Of a stretch of DNA of 64,000 nucleotides, positions 18,987-29,470 are shown one piece after another. This DNA comes from an uncultured Candidatus Sumerlaeota bacterium. GTDB lineage: Bacteria > Sumerlaeota > Sumerlaeia > MWCT01 > JAGHBZ01. The stretch is from positions 41,742-105,741 of the forward strand of contig CAZSMK010000068.1 of the NCBI GenBank assembly GCA_964608095.1. The letters run 5' to 3'. The notes under the pieces were generated by a model. It was given only the letters and a program-made list of their open reading frames with translations, ran no database searches and was not told the DNA's origin. A program made the translations under genes and the position numbers. Every line of letters starts with the position of its first letter. Within the stretch, counting starts at the first letter, position 1.

Positions 18987-21407
18987 GTGATATTGGGCGA
19001 GGCGGATATCGCGGGACGATGAGCCGATAAGGATTTCGAACTCGCCGGCGCCTTTTACCCAGGCGCCCGCAGCCGAATCGAAAAACATAAACGCTTCGGC
19101 GTTGAGGATAACCTCTACCGTTCCGGTCTCACCGGATTCGAGAAACACCTTATGGAACGCCTTGAGCTCTTTTGGCGGGCGTGGCACACGGCTTTTCCTC
19201 TCACGAACATAGACCTGGGCAATCTCCGCTCCCGCACGTCTACCGCCATTCTTTATCCTGAACCTCACCGTCAGAACGGGTTCTGTATCTTTCTCGCTGT
19301 CCGTTATCTCCATATCGCTGTAGTCAAAAGTGGTATACGAGAGCCCGTGACCAAAACAGAATTGCGGTTCTGTTTTGTTCCTGTCAAACCCGCGGTAGCC
19401 GACAAAAATCCCTTCATCGTAACGGCAGGTTTGACCGTCTTGTGAAATATAGGAGTTATATGCGGGGTTATGCGAGAATTTTTTTTCGAAGGTAGCGGGC
19501 AGTTTGCCTGAAGGATTAACCTCGCCGAAAAGGATTTCGGCGATTGCCGTGCCGCCTTCCTGACCCGGATACCATGCCTGGAGCAGTGCAGGAACCTTAT
19601 CCAGCCAGCCATCCCACGCCACGGCGCCGCCGCTGTTGAGAACAACCACTGTGTTCGGGTTCACCGCAGCCACGGCACGCATAAGTTCGACCTGACCGAC
19701 AGGCAGCGAAAAAGACCGGTCGGCTCCTTCGCGTTCGAGCGAAGCGTTAAAACCCACACACACGACCGCTACGTCGGCCTTACGTGCCATATCTATCGCG
19801 GGCGATTCATTATCGTGCGGCATCATACCCCAGCCGAAACGGGCAATCCCCGTGCCCCCCTGATTCGTATACTCCACCTTGAGCTGATACGTTTTACCAG
19901 CCTCGAGTTCGCGTTCTGCAAACCATACCCTCGACGGATGTCCTCGCCGGTCTATTATAACCAGGTCATCGTCGAGATACGCAATCATACCGTAATCAGC
20001 CTCGGAGACGAAGATATAGCGCCCGGCGGTTTCCGGTCGTATCAGTCCGCTCCAGCGGACAGAAAAATCCCGCTGGTTAATGCCCGGCGGATATTCGGTG
20101 TTCCAATCAAAATTTATCCGTGGAACAGTCTCTTGCCCTGCAGGCTCGTCTTCAAGTCTCAGGTTGTTGAAATATTCGGCGACAAGACCGTTGTGAACAG
20201 CGCCATCCATATCCTCATGCTGGAATTGCGACGCCGCAGCGAGCTCCCGAATATCCGGAACCTTGATACCCGGATGAAAGAGAACGTCGACCTTCTTTGC
20301 CGTGCGGTTTCGAATTCCCTCAACCACGCTCACCCAATGAAACGGTTCGGTAAGCGAGCTGCCGCCGCCTGCAGGGAAGCCCGGATGGGCATTGGCGCCG
20401 ATAACGGCGATCGTGCTCAGCTCGGTCGCATCGAGTGGCAACAGGTGTTCCTCGTTCTTGAGAAGCACGATGCCTTCCCGCGCGATCTCGAGTGCGACGC
20501 GTGCGCTCTCCGGATCGTCCACGGGTATGGATTCATTCGTCTGGTCTCTATCGAGAAATCCCGCCCGCACAATGACACGAAGTATACGCCGAACCTTATC
20601 GTTAATTGTCTCGACATCGAGTTCGCCCGACTCGATAGCGGGAATAAGATTAAGACGGTTCATAAACTCGCCGGAAGGCATTTCAAGGTCGAGCCCGCCG
20701 CGAGCGGCTGACAACGCGTCATGCGTTGCGCCCCAATCCGACATCAGTACGCCGTCGAATCCCCACTCCTTTTTGAGAATTCGGTTGTTGAGGAAATCGT
20801 TCTCCGTACACCATGCACCGTTCACAAGATTATAAGCAGCCATGATGCAGGCTGCTCCCCCTTCCTCAACAGCTGCCCGAAATGCCGGCAGGTAGATTTC
20901 GCGCAGTGTTCGTTCATCCAGTTCGGAACTCACATTTTGTCGTTCGTATTCCTGGTTATTGCACGCAAAGTGTTTTATCGTTGCGAGAACGCCTTGCTGT
21001 TGAACATTGCGGGTTACGGCAACGGCGAAGCGTGCAGCGAGAAAAGGGTCTTCTCCGAGATATTCGAAGTTGCGCCCACAGATGGGAACGCGGTGGATAT
21101 TGACGCCGGGTGCAAGCCAGATATGCACACCACGCGCACGTGCGTCACGCCCTATTGCGGCGCCGAATTGTGCGGCGAGTTTGAGATTCCACGTCGCAGC
21201 AAGGCATATACCGCCCGGATATGCCGTCGAAGGGCCATAATTCCTCACGCCCACAGGTCCGTCCGACATCTTGATTGCCGGAATACCGAGCCGTTCGAGA
21301 GGTCTGATGAAAAACTCGTCGTGTCCGCCGATATAGTCGAGCTTCTCCTCAAGCGTCATCCCGTTCAGCAGGTTCTCCACTCGTTCTTCCACTACGTCCT
21401 CCAGCAA
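18975..21407 (-). CDS. Glycoside hydrolase family 3 (beta-glucosidase-type) with PA14 insertion, cytoplasmic
   Basis: 810 aa. GH3 N-terminal motifs (KHFACNNQE, VLMSDWGA with Asp nucleophile). PA14-like insert (FSVRWSGLIRPETAGRYIF). No signal peptide. 12-bp convergent overlap with the upstream gene end. Confidence 0.85.
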   Translation of the reverse strand: MLEDVVEERVENLLNGMTLEEKLDYIGGHDEFFIRPLERLGIPAIKMSDGPVGVRNYGPSTAYPGGICLAATWNLKLAAQFGAAIGRDARARGVHIWLAPGVNIHRVPICGRNFEYLGEDPFLAARFAVAVTRNVQQQGVLATIKHFACNNQEYERQNVSSELDERTLREIYLPAFRAAVEEGGAACIMAAYNLVNGAWCTENDFLNNRILKKEWGFDGVLMSDWGATHDALSAARGGLDLEMPSGEFMNRLNLIPAIESGELDVETINDKVRRILRVIVRAGFLDRDQTNESIPVDDPESARVALEIAREGIVLLKNEEHLLPLDATELSTIAVIGANAHPGFPAGGGSSLTEPFHWVSVVEGIRNRTAKKVDVLFHPGIKVPDIRELAAASQFQHEDMDGAVHNGLVAEYFNNLRLEDEPAGQETVPRINFDWNTEYPPGINQRDFSVRWSGLIRPETAGRYIFVSEADYGMIAYLDDDLVIIDRRGHPSRVWFAERELEAGKTYQLKVEYTNQGGTGIARFGWGMMPHDNESPAIDMARKADVAVVCVGFNASLEREGADRSFSLPVGQVELMRAVAAVNPNTVVVLNSGGAVAWDGWLDKVPALLQAWYPGQEGGTAIAEILFGEVNPSGKLPATFEKKFSHNPAYNSYISQDGQTCRYDEGIFVGYRGFDRNKTEPQFCFGHGLSYTTFDYSDMEITDSEKDTEPVLTVRFRIKNGGRRAGAEIAQVYVRERKSRVPRPPKELKAFHKVFLESGETGTVEVILNAEAFMFFDSAAGAWVKGAGEFEILIGSSSRDIRLAQYHLFL

Positions 21408-21412
21408 ATCAA

Positions 21413-23437
21413 CTATTGTGACTCCTTTTTCAAGCGGACTTCGCCTTTTGAATCGGTTCCCCCGACCGACGCCAGGTTCGCTCGAATCGTATACACGGCA
21501 TCCGGTTTTCTCGACTCAAGTTCAAGTTTATAGACAATGTTGCGTTTATCGTGTCCACTCCAGCCGGTGTGGGTATCTCGATGAATCTCTTTGCCGTTCT
21601 CGAGTAGCGCCACCCACTCGAGTTGTATAGCAGAGCTCCCTGCGGTGTAAAGGAAGATTGCCTCATAGACACCGGCATCATCGATCATTTTGGAGACGTC
21701 CCACTCGAGCGTGACGCCTTCCTCGCTCATCCGGTCAGGTCTCCAATCGCCTACAAGGGTTGAGCCCTTGATAGACGCGCCCAGTTCGTCTTTACCATAC
21801 TTGACGCCGATAATTTCCAACCGCTTGTAATGCCGGGTCATGCGTTTCTTGAAATCCTTCCAATCGCGTTTGTCCTCAGGCGACCAGGCGACTTCCGAGA
21901 GTGCCGTCAGGCGTGGGTAGACCTGGAAATCGTAGCGGTCGCGAGTCGGCACCCATTCGGTCCACATGTTTCCCTCGAGTCCGATGACATGGTGTGCCTT
22001 ATCCGACGAGAGCTCGTCCGGTATCGGTTCAAACGAGTAGGATTCCTCGAGCGGGGTTGTCGCGTAACTATAATCCAGGTAACAATGAGATGTCGGAGAC
22101 ATAATGACGTCATGTCCTTGCCCCGCAGCTTCGATTCCGCCTTTGATGCCGCGCCACGACTGCACGATTGCGCCCGGGGCAAGACCACCCTCGAGGATTT
22201 CGTCCCACCCGATCAGACGCCTGCCTTTACTCGTGAGATATGCATCTATGCGTTTGATAAAATAGCTCTGGAGTTCATGTTCGTCTTTGAGGTTCTCCGT
22301 TTTGATTCGTGCCTGACATTTCGGGCATTCTTTCCACCGCTCTTTCGGGCATTCGTCGCCTCCGATATGGATATAAGGCGAAGGGAACAACATCATCACC
22401 TCGTCGAGCACATTCTCGAGAAACGTAAAAGTCTCCTCTTTTCCCACGCAATAGACATCTCTGAACACACCCCAGCGGTTGGCGACTTCGTATGGACCGC
22501 CGGAGCAGCCGAGCTCCGGATAGCTCGCCAGCGCCGCGGTGGAATGTCCCGGCAATTCAACCTCGGGAACTACGGTGACATGGCGCGACGCCGCATACGC
22601 CACGATCTCCCGGATATCTTCCTGTGAATAATAGCCGCCGTAGCGCGAGCCGTCCTTCTCGATTCGCCATGCGCCGATTTCGGTCAGTTTGGGATACCGC
22701 ATGATCTCGATTCGCCATCCTTGATCTTCGGTCAGGTGCCAGTGCAGACGATTCATTTTGTGCAATGCCAGCAGGTCGATGGCGCGTTTGACCGTCTCCT
22801 TGTCGAAGAAATGCCGGCAACAGTCGAACAGATGACCGCGCCACTCGAACCGCGGCTTGTCTTTAATAGATACACACGGTATCGACCATTCGATACCATC
22901 GACTTGCGAATCACTGAATATTTCGACTGGCAGGAGCTGGCGTAACGTCTGGCACGCGTAAAATATTCCCGCGGGTTTGGCTGCCGCGGCTTCTATCCTG
23001 TCTTTCTGGACGCGGAGATGATACCCCTCGTCTCCAAGCGCGACAAGGGTCGGATCGAGCTTTAAATAAATGAAATTCGATTCAGTGTTGTTATCATCCT
23101 CCGTAACCTCGAGGGAAAAACCGGTCGCAGGCGCAAGGGCATCAGCTAAATAGCGCGCCTCCGGTTGTGTTCCGAACCCTGCAATTATTTTGGAGTCCGA
23201 TTTCAATATAAATATACCCTCGCCCGGCACTGTTTCCATTGGCTCAGGAATGATTCCTAATGAATCGGGTCGTGGCGAGCCCTTCGGTTCGCTACGGGAA
23301 ATCTGCCTACTCATAACATCCTCCGAAAATACAAAAATCGTGATTAGAATCAATATTATGAGAAACACGCCGGTAGTAAGACGAGGGGCGATTACGTGTC
23401 TTCTCATAAGGTCGCAAATATGTCGCCGAAAAGACAT
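21413..23437 (-). CDS. Glycoside hydrolase family 20 beta-N-acetylhexosaminidase (signal-anchored) with C-terminal accessory domain
   Basis: GH20 catalytic motifs (HIGGDE, RLHWHLTEDQGWR, W..TEW). Start taken at MSFRRH (ATG 23437, AAAGGAG 7 nt upstream). N-terminal hydrophobic anchor. Confidence 0.85.
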   Translation of the reverse strand: MSFRRHICDLMRRHVIAPRLTTGVFLIILILITIFVFSEDVMSRQISRSEPKGSPRPDSLGIIPEPMETVPGEGIFILKSDSKIIAGFGTQPEARYLADALAPATGFSLEVTEDDNNTESNFIYLKLDPTLVALGDEGYHLRVQKDRIEAAAAKPAGIFYACQTLRQLLPVEIFSDSQVDGIEWSIPCVSIKDKPRFEWRGHLFDCCRHFFDKETVKRAIDLLALHKMNRLHWHLTEDQGWRIEIMRYPKLTEIGAWRIEKDGSRYGGYYSQEDIREIVAYAASRHVTVVPEVELPGHSTAALASYPELGCSGGPYEVANRWGVFRDVYCVGKEETFTFLENVLDEVMMLFPSPYIHIGGDECPKERWKECPKCQARIKTENLKDEHELQSYFIKRIDAYLTSKGRRLIGWDEILEGGLAPGAIVQSWRGIKGGIEAAGQGHDVIMSPTSHCYLDYSYATTPLEESYSFEPIPDELSSDKAHHVIGLEGNMWTEWVPTRDRYDFQVYPRLTALSEVAWSPEDKRDWKDFKKRMTRHYKRLEIIGVKYGKDELGASIKGSTLVGDWRPDRMSEEGVTLEWDVSKMIDDAGVYEAIFLYTAGSSAIQLEWVALLENGKEIHRDTHTGWSGHDKRNIVYKLELESRKPDAVYTIRANLASVGGTDSKGEVRLKKESQ

Positions 23438-23693
23438 TTGTCTTCTCCTTTCATTGGAACAAAAGATTAACACGGATTTTCCGCAGACAACCTTACATCC
23501 AATGCATGGGAATTTAAATTAAACAGCCTGAACACCCTCAATTGCAAGGTTTTTCGAAAGCGGTAACATTTGAAGATGCCTGGAATGATTCTTTGTTAGA
23601 CTTCAACAATAAGCCCAATCTTATTGGAAAGCGATTGGTGTAACGTGTAACTGACAAGAGGTGAACAAGGACTTCTCGTTGAAGGGAAGTTAT

Positions 23694-26360
23694 TCACTTG
23701 TTTTCCGAGGAGAGAGCGCTGAAGAAGGCGTTCATTGCATCGTCGAGTTTCTCGGGTTGTTTGCCGCCGGCTTGCGCCATTTCCGCACGACCACCTCCAC
23801 CGCCGCCAAGCGGTTTCGCCACCATGTTTATCAGCTTTTGTGCCGGATACTCGGAAGATATATCGGAAGTCACAGAACAGATCAGCTGCACCTTCTGGTT
23901 GTCCGGCTCAACCGTGGCAAGAAGAACGATGACGCGCTTTTTCAACTTTGATTTGATAACATCCGCAAGATTTCGGAGCTGCTCCTGGCTTAAACCTTCA
24001 AATCTATGGGTTACAACCTTGATATCGTTGACCACCCGTGCATTTGCAATGATTTCGTCCACTTCAGAAAGAACATTCTTTTGTTTGAGCTGTTGTAGTT
24101 CGCGTTTAAGCTCTTTGGTCTCCGCTGCGAGCGTCTGGACACGTTCAAATGCTTCTTCCGGCGAGACGTTGAAGTGGTGGGCGATTTTGCCGAGTTCCTG
24201 GCGTTGGCGGTACAGATGTTCAAACGCAGCCATTCCCGCCTTTGCCTCGATTCGGCGTACACCCGCGGCTATGCTTGATTCGCCCGTGATAATAAACGTG
24301 CCGATTTTGCCGGTGCGGTCAAGGTGCGTTCCCCCGCAGAATTCCATGCTGAAATCGCCTATCTTGAGAACACGTACCACCGCGCCGTACTTCTCACCAA
24401 ATGGTGCAATTGCGCCGAGTGTCTTTGCCTCCTCGAGCGGGAGCACCATCACTTCCGTGGCTATATCCTCGGCGATTTTTTCGTTTACCATCCGCTCGAC
24501 CCGGTATAGCTGCTCGGGCGTCAATGCCTCGATATGGGTGAAATCAAATCTCAAATGTTCCGGATGCACCATCGAGCCGGACTGGGTGATATGTGTGCCA
24601 ACAATGCGTTTCAGGGCGCCCTGGAGAAGATGAGTGACCGTATGGTGCCGCATAATGGCAAGGCGACGTTCCTTATCGATACGTGCGGTAACCGTATCAC
24701 CGACATTGAAACTCCCCTGACGCACTTCCCCGATATGTATAAAGATATCAGCGGGTGTGCGTTCTGTTTCCTTGACGTCGAATATCGCGGTATCGGTCGT
24801 AAGTGTGCCGGTATCCCCGACCTGACCCCCGGCTTCACCGTAAAAGGGCGTTTTATCGAGTACCAGCATCGCTATCATATCGCATTCAACGCGCTCGATA
24901 CGCCGGTTCTCGGAATCGAATATAGCCATAATGCGTGCCTTGTCTTCGAAGCGTTCATAACCGGAAAAGCGAGTCGCCCCATACTGTTTAACCACGTCTT
25001 CAAGCAGTGCATCGAGTTTCTCGAATGCATGACCGCCTTTCCATGCGGCGCGCGCCACGCATTTCTGTTCTTCAAGGCATTTCTCAAAGCCGGTCAGGTC
25101 AACGCCTACCCCTTCTTCCGTGGCAATCTCTTTTGTCAACTCAACGGGAAAACCATAAGTATCGTAAAGCCGGAAAACTTCCTCGCCCGGAATATCCTTT
25201 TCGCCGCACTTTTTGACTTTAGCGACCAGTCCTTCGAGCAGCTCCATCCCTAGAGAGAGAGTTTTGTGAAACCGCTCCTCCTCGAACCGGATTATTTTTT
25301 TGACTTGCTCCGGGTGCGAAGTGATTTCAGGATATGCGTTGCCCATCAAATCAACCACCACATCGACGAGTTTGAACATCGCCGGCTCGTTAAGACCGAG
25401 TTTTTTGTAGTGGCGCACCGCGCGTCGGAGAACACGCCGCAGAACATACCCGCGCCCTTCGTTCGAAGGCGTCACACCCTCGCTGATGACGAACACAAGT
25501 CCCCGAATATGGTCAGTGACCACGTTCAGCGAAAGTGTCGTCCGACGGTCCTGTTTGTAATCCACGCCGATCATGTCTGCGGCTGCAGACACAATCGGGT
25601 AGAGAAGATCCGTCTCGAAAAGGCTGTCTTTATTTTGAACAACACAGGCGAGTCGTTCCAGACCCATACCGGTATCTATTCCGCGGTTTTTCAGAGGTAT
25701 ACGAGTTCCATCCATCTGTTGAAAATATTGGGGAAATACCATGTTCCAGAACTCGAGAAACCGGTCACAGTCGCAGCCGACAGTACAGTTCGGCTTACCA
25801 CAGCTTCGCTCCTCGCCCATATCGACGTAAAGTTCGCTGCAAGGACCGCATGCGCCGGTTTCACCGGCAGGTCCCCAGAAATTGTCCTCGTCGCCAAGCG
25901 AGACAATGCGGTCAGTCGCAAGCCCTATCTCCTTGTGCCAGATCTCAAATGCTTCATCGTCATCCTTGTGTACAGATGCATAAAGGCGGTCGGGTGGAAT
26001 CTTGAGCACTACCGTGCAGAATTCCCATGCCCATTGAATCGCCTCACGTTTGAAATAATCGCCGAAACTGAAGTTGCCGAGCATCTCGAAGAAAGTAAGA
26101 TGCCGCAACGTTTTGCCGACATTCTCGAGGTCGCTCCCTTTGCCTCCCGCACGAAAACATTTCTGCACCGTGGTGGAGCGTGTGTAAGGAAGGGGGTCAA
26201 CCGTGCCCGCCCATAACGGTTTAAACTGCACCATTCCGGCGGTAGTGAAGAGCAATGTCGGATCATCCGGCGGAATGAGCGGCGCACTCGGGATATGCCG
26301 ATGTCCGCGCTCCTTAAAAAACTCTATATATAATTCACGCAATTCTGACGACGTAAACAT
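23694..26360 (-). CDS. alaS: Alanine--tRNA ligase
   Basis: 888 aa. Class II motifs. FFKERGH..PS.PL.P.DDPTLLFTTAGM N-terminus. Editing domain HHTVTHLL. C-terminal DHHA1 with GGGGGRAEMAQAGG. Confidence 0.95.
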   Translation of the reverse strand: MFTSSELRELYIEFFKERGHRHIPSAPLIPPDDPTLLFTTAGMVQFKPLWAGTVDPLPYTRSTTVQKCFRAGGKGSDLENVGKTLRHLTFFEMLGNFSFGDYFKREAIQWAWEFCTVVLKIPPDRLYASVHKDDDEAFEIWHKEIGLATDRIVSLGDEDNFWGPAGETGACGPCSELYVDMGEERSCGKPNCTVGCDCDRFLEFWNMVFPQYFQQMDGTRIPLKNRGIDTGMGLERLACVVQNKDSLFETDLLYPIVSAAADMIGVDYKQDRRTTLSLNVVTDHIRGLVFVISEGVTPSNEGRGYVLRRVLRRAVRHYKKLGLNEPAMFKLVDVVVDLMGNAYPEITSHPEQVKKIIRFEEERFHKTLSLGMELLEGLVAKVKKCGEKDIPGEEVFRLYDTYGFPVELTKEIATEEGVGVDLTGFEKCLEEQKCVARAAWKGGHAFEKLDALLEDVVKQYGATRFSGYERFEDKARIMAIFDSENRRIERVECDMIAMLVLDKTPFYGEAGGQVGDTGTLTTDTAIFDVKETERTPADIFIHIGEVRQGSFNVGDTVTARIDKERRLAIMRHHTVTHLLQGALKRIVGTHITQSGSMVHPEHLRFDFTHIEALTPEQLYRVERMVNEKIAEDIATEVMVLPLEEAKTLGAIAPFGEKYGAVVRVLKIGDFSMEFCGGTHLDRTGKIGTFIITGESSIAAGVRRIEAKAGMAAFEHLYRQRQELGKIAHHFNVSPEEAFERVQTLAAETKELKRELQQLKQKNVLSEVDEIIANARVVNDIKVVTHRFEGLSQEQLRNLADVIKSKLKKRVIVLLATVEPDNQKVQLICSVTSDISSEYPAQKLINMVAKPLGGGGGGRAEMAQAGGKQPEKLDDAMNAFFSALSSENK

Positions 26361-26506
26361 CGCTCGCCTTATACTCCCTCGAATTTAACAAGGATTAAGC
26401 ATCAAGTGTAACGATAGAGCAAACCATGTGTCAAACAGATATACCCGTCTACCCGGCTCGCCTTCCGACCCGCCACTTGGCGGGGAGCCGCTATTGCAAA
26501 TTGCTA

Positions 26507-26536
26507 TTGCCCTTAATCTTGGACCATAGCTATAAT
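26507..26536 (+). promoter_or_regulatory. Candidate sigma-70-type promoter for the glycosyltransferase gene
   Basis: TTGCCC at 26507-26512, 18-nt spacer, perfect TATAAT at 26531-26536, about 30 nt upstream of ATG 26566. Confidence 0.3.
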
Positions 26537-26565
26537 ACTCGACATCAGCCGGGATAACGAACACG

Positions 26566-27795
26566 ATGAAAAAAATCATAACAGCGATAGGACTGCTGGC
26601 AAGGCTCTTTGTAAATTGTCTCGATGCTGTGTTATTCCGCCTACTTGTAAGGAGAGTGCTCTTTCGGTCGCATGAAAAACGTCCCCCCATTATACTGATA
26701 TCGTTTATTGAATGGCAGGGAGCGTTTCAACGACCACAGCACCTTGCGCAGGAGCTTGCCCGCATGGGGTACGAGGTGTTCTATTTCAGCCTGCTTCGAA
26801 TACACCGCGCCGTCGCGCATCCTGAATGGACACCATACACATCGGCACAAAAGGAAGAGAAGGGGCTAACCGTGGTTACGCCTCTGGCATTCCCCCTGGA
26901 CTCCAGATACAATTTTTTCCGCACGTTGAATAATGCCATTCTTTTGCGAAATATCCACCGCCTGTGCAATGCGTTTCAGCCGCCGTTTCTTATAGTTAAC
27001 GCACCCTATTTCAACTCCTGTGTCTTCAATATCTCTTACAATAAACTCCTGTATGACGTTATGGACGAATTGACGGCGGACAAAATGGGCAGCCGATTGA
27101 AAGCGGATGAGCAAATCCTCCTTAACGGAGCAAATATGGTTACCAGCGGAACAACGGGAGTAGCAGAACTTAAAAAAGGCATCCGTCCTGATATTAGATT
27201 TGTTTCCTGCGGTGTTGATTACGACCACTTTGCCCGTGCCGCCCTTGCAGAACCTGAAGTTCCCGAAGATATTTCACATATACCGCATCCTGTAGTTGGT
27301 TATTTTGGGGCTGTGAACGAGCGGATTGATTACGCTCTTGTAAGAACACTTGCCGAAAAGTTGCCCGAGGTTAATTTTTTATACATAGGACCGGTCTCCG
27401 TAAACGTTTCCATGCTCTCTAACCTCGCGAACATCTTTTTTATCGGGTGGCGCTCATACGACTCGCTACCCGAATATCTTCGGACTTTCGACATTGCCTC
27501 GGTTCCCTATCGTCTCGAAGACGGCGTCGAGTATGTGAATCCTGTCAAGATACTCGAGTATCTTGCAGGCGGAAAACCGGTTATTTCAACCGACATACCT
27601 GACGTGAGACGATTTTACGGCGATGTGGTGTACCTGGCGCCTGATGCACAATGTTTTGTCGATCACGTTAAGCATATTCTCGCGAATCCCGAACACAGCC
27701 GTGACAAAATCCGGCATGGGCAGGAACTCGCCCGGCAGCGCTCATGGCACGCTATGGCTCAGGAATTCGCCCGTAATCTAATTTCTGTTTTTTGA
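26566..27795 (+). CDS. Glycosyltransferase, GT-B fold (GT4-like)
   Basis: 409 aa. C-terminal donor-binding region EYLAGGKPVISTDIPDV is typical of GT4/GT1 enzymes. Confidence 0.6.
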   Translation: MKKIITAIGLLARLFVNCLDAVLFRLLVRRVLFRSHEKRPPIILISFIEWQGAFQRPQHLAQELARMGYEVFYFSLLRIHRAVAHPEWTPYTSAQKEEKGLTVVTPLAFPLDSRYNFFRTLNNAILLRNIHRLCNAFQPPFLIVNAPYFNSCVFNISYNKLLYDVMDELTADKMGSRLKADEQILLNGANMVTSGTTGVAELKKGIRPDIRFVSCGVDYDHFARAALAEPEVPEDISHIPHPVVGYFGAVNERIDYALVRTLAEKLPEVNFLYIGPVSVNVSMLSNLANIFFIGWRSYDSLPEYLRTFDIASVPYRLEDGVEYVNPVKILEYLAGGKPVISTDIPDVRRFYGDVVYLAPDAQCFVDHVKHILANPEHSRDKIRHGQELARQRSWHAMAQEFARNLISVF

Positions 27796-27955
27796 AAAGC
27801 CAATAACGAAAATTCCCGCCCATTTTTTATACCCTTCGTCAGTAATACCAGCTAATTGGTTGTCTAATTATCGCTACGGCATAGCTAAAAGATTTGATTG
27901 AATCGCTTCTAAAATAGTAGCCTTAGGTACTATTTGAGTATGGGGGACCATCAAG

Positions 27956-28534
27956 ATGACAAGCGAAAGGGGATTTACACTCATCGAGCTCCTCGTAGTC
28001 GTCGCTATCATAGGGATTCTTGCGGCGATAGCCCTGCCGAACTTTCTCGAGGCGCAGGTCAGGGCAAAAGTGTCACGCGCGGAGAACGATATGCGCACGC
28101 TCGCTATCGTCCTCGAGACGTACCGCGTTGATCACAACGATTACATCCCGGAAAATTACGTAAGCCCCTTGCTGGTGGATGTCTGGGGGAATTTAGCCCT
28201 GCCCAACGCAGTAAAGCTGAAACTTCTTACCACTCCGATTGCTTACATGACCACATTGCCGCGCGACCCGTTCGACCCAGGCGACGACCCGGTCAACCAG
28301 CTCGAGCCACATACTTATCATTACGCCGCCCGTAACGATCCCCTCTATCCCAGCGAAACGTTTTTTGATGGGAAAGGCGCAAACGTCGAAAAACGCTATT
28401 GCCACTGGATTCTTCAAAGCTACGGACCCGATAGGGGCGTTGACAAAATGTTGTCCTCATACTGGCAGTTCCCACGATACGATCCAACAAACGGCACGGT
28501 AAGTATCGGGAACATTTTAAGGATGGGACCATAG
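27956..28534 (+). CDS. Prepilin-type N-terminal cleavage/methylation domain protein (type II secretion/type IV pilus pseudopilin-like)
   Basis: 192 aa. N-terminal GFTLIELLVVVAIIGILAAIALPNFLEAQ (G-F-T-L-I-E class III signal). GGGGG RBS before ATG 27956. Confidence 0.75.
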   Translation: MTSERGFTLIELLVVVAIIGILAAIALPNFLEAQVRAKVSRAENDMRTLAIVLETYRVDHNDYIPENYVSPLLVDVWGNLALPNAVKLKLLTTPIAYMTTLPRDPFDPGDDPVNQLEPHTYHYAARNDPLYPSETFFDGKGANVEKRYCHWILQSYGPDRGVDKMLSSYWQFPRYDPTNGTVSIGNILRMGP

Positions 28535-28756
28535 CGAGCCAGTGCACGACGTTGCGGCTGAGAAAAAGAATCTCACCTTTGTGTGTCCATTATTTCTTAT
28601 ATCTCCTTTTCTGTCTTATTAGCCCTATAGAAAATTTTTCCTCACAGCACTTCAACAACTCCTGGTTTTCTTTTTTATAAAAGACCATTTTTACTTTGAT
28701 TTTCAACAGGGTTCCGGTTAAAACTGAATCGGTAATTTATCTTCAGGGAGTTCATC

Positions 28757-29470
28757 ATGCTTAGCGGCTTGACAAAACAGGAACAACACATACTCCTTAT
28801 CCTCATAATAATTATCACGGCAGGATTGGGATTCCGTCACATTCAAGAATCCAGAGACAAAAACCTTGTATACATTGACACTACCGGACAAGATATACCA
28901 GAATCTTCTCTTTCCGGCGTGGATAAAAGCGCCGATGCGACGGGTTGGAATCTTTCCGGCAGCGCAGGAACAAAAAGCCCGGATACCTCTTCCTTGGTAC
29001 CGCCGAAAAAGGATATTAACACCGCAACCGTTGAAGACTTCGACGCAGTGCCCGGAATTGGAAAGACACGGGCTCAGGCAATTATTCAGTATCGTGACCG
29101 GATGGGTGGATTCAAATCGCTCGAACAGGTGAAGGATATAGCCGGCGTGGGTAAAAAAATGTTCGCTCTCCTGGAGAACAATTTTTTCGTTGAAGAGGAA
29201 ACTCCCGCTCGTGCCGCTGATGGATATCCTGATCAGGCGCCACCGGCTGCGCCGCAACAAACGAGTTCAGCGCACGGTTTTGTCAACATCAATACCGCGT
29301 CGGTTCAGCAGTTATGCACCCTTGAAGGAATCGGGGAGACGTTGGCTCAGAGAATTATCGAGTACCGGGAGAAGTATGGTGGATTCAAATCCATCGAAGA
29401 GTTAAAAGACGTACACGGTATCGGCGATGGCAAATTCTCGTTAAACAAAGACAGGATTACGATTTATTGA
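28757..29470 (+). CDS. ComEA-like DNA-binding protein with two helix-hairpin-helix modules
   Basis: 237 aa. N-terminal TM anchor. Two repeats of INTA(T/S)VE/QQL...GIGKT/ETRAQ/LAQRIIEYR...GGFKS(L/I)E(Q/E)(V/L)KD(I/V).GIG, the ComEA HhH signature. Confidence 0.7.
   Translation: MLSGLTKQEQHILLILIIIITAGLGFRHIQESRDKNLVYIDTTGQDIPESSLSGVDKSADATGWNLSGSAGTKSPDTSSLVPPKKDINTATVEDFDAVPGIGKTRAQAIIQYRDRMGGFKSLEQVKDIAGVGKKMFALLENNFFVEEETPARAADGYPDQAPPAAPQQTSSAHGFVNINTASVQQLCTLEGIGETLAQRIIEYREKYGGFKSIEELKDVHGIGDGKFSLNKDRITIY

Noticed and set aside
26469-26486. GC hairpin cccgcc-actt-ggcggg upstream of alaS and the GT4 gene
   Set aside because: There is no T-run on either side. It lies upstream of the start codons of both divergent genes, so it is not a terminator and its function cannot be determined
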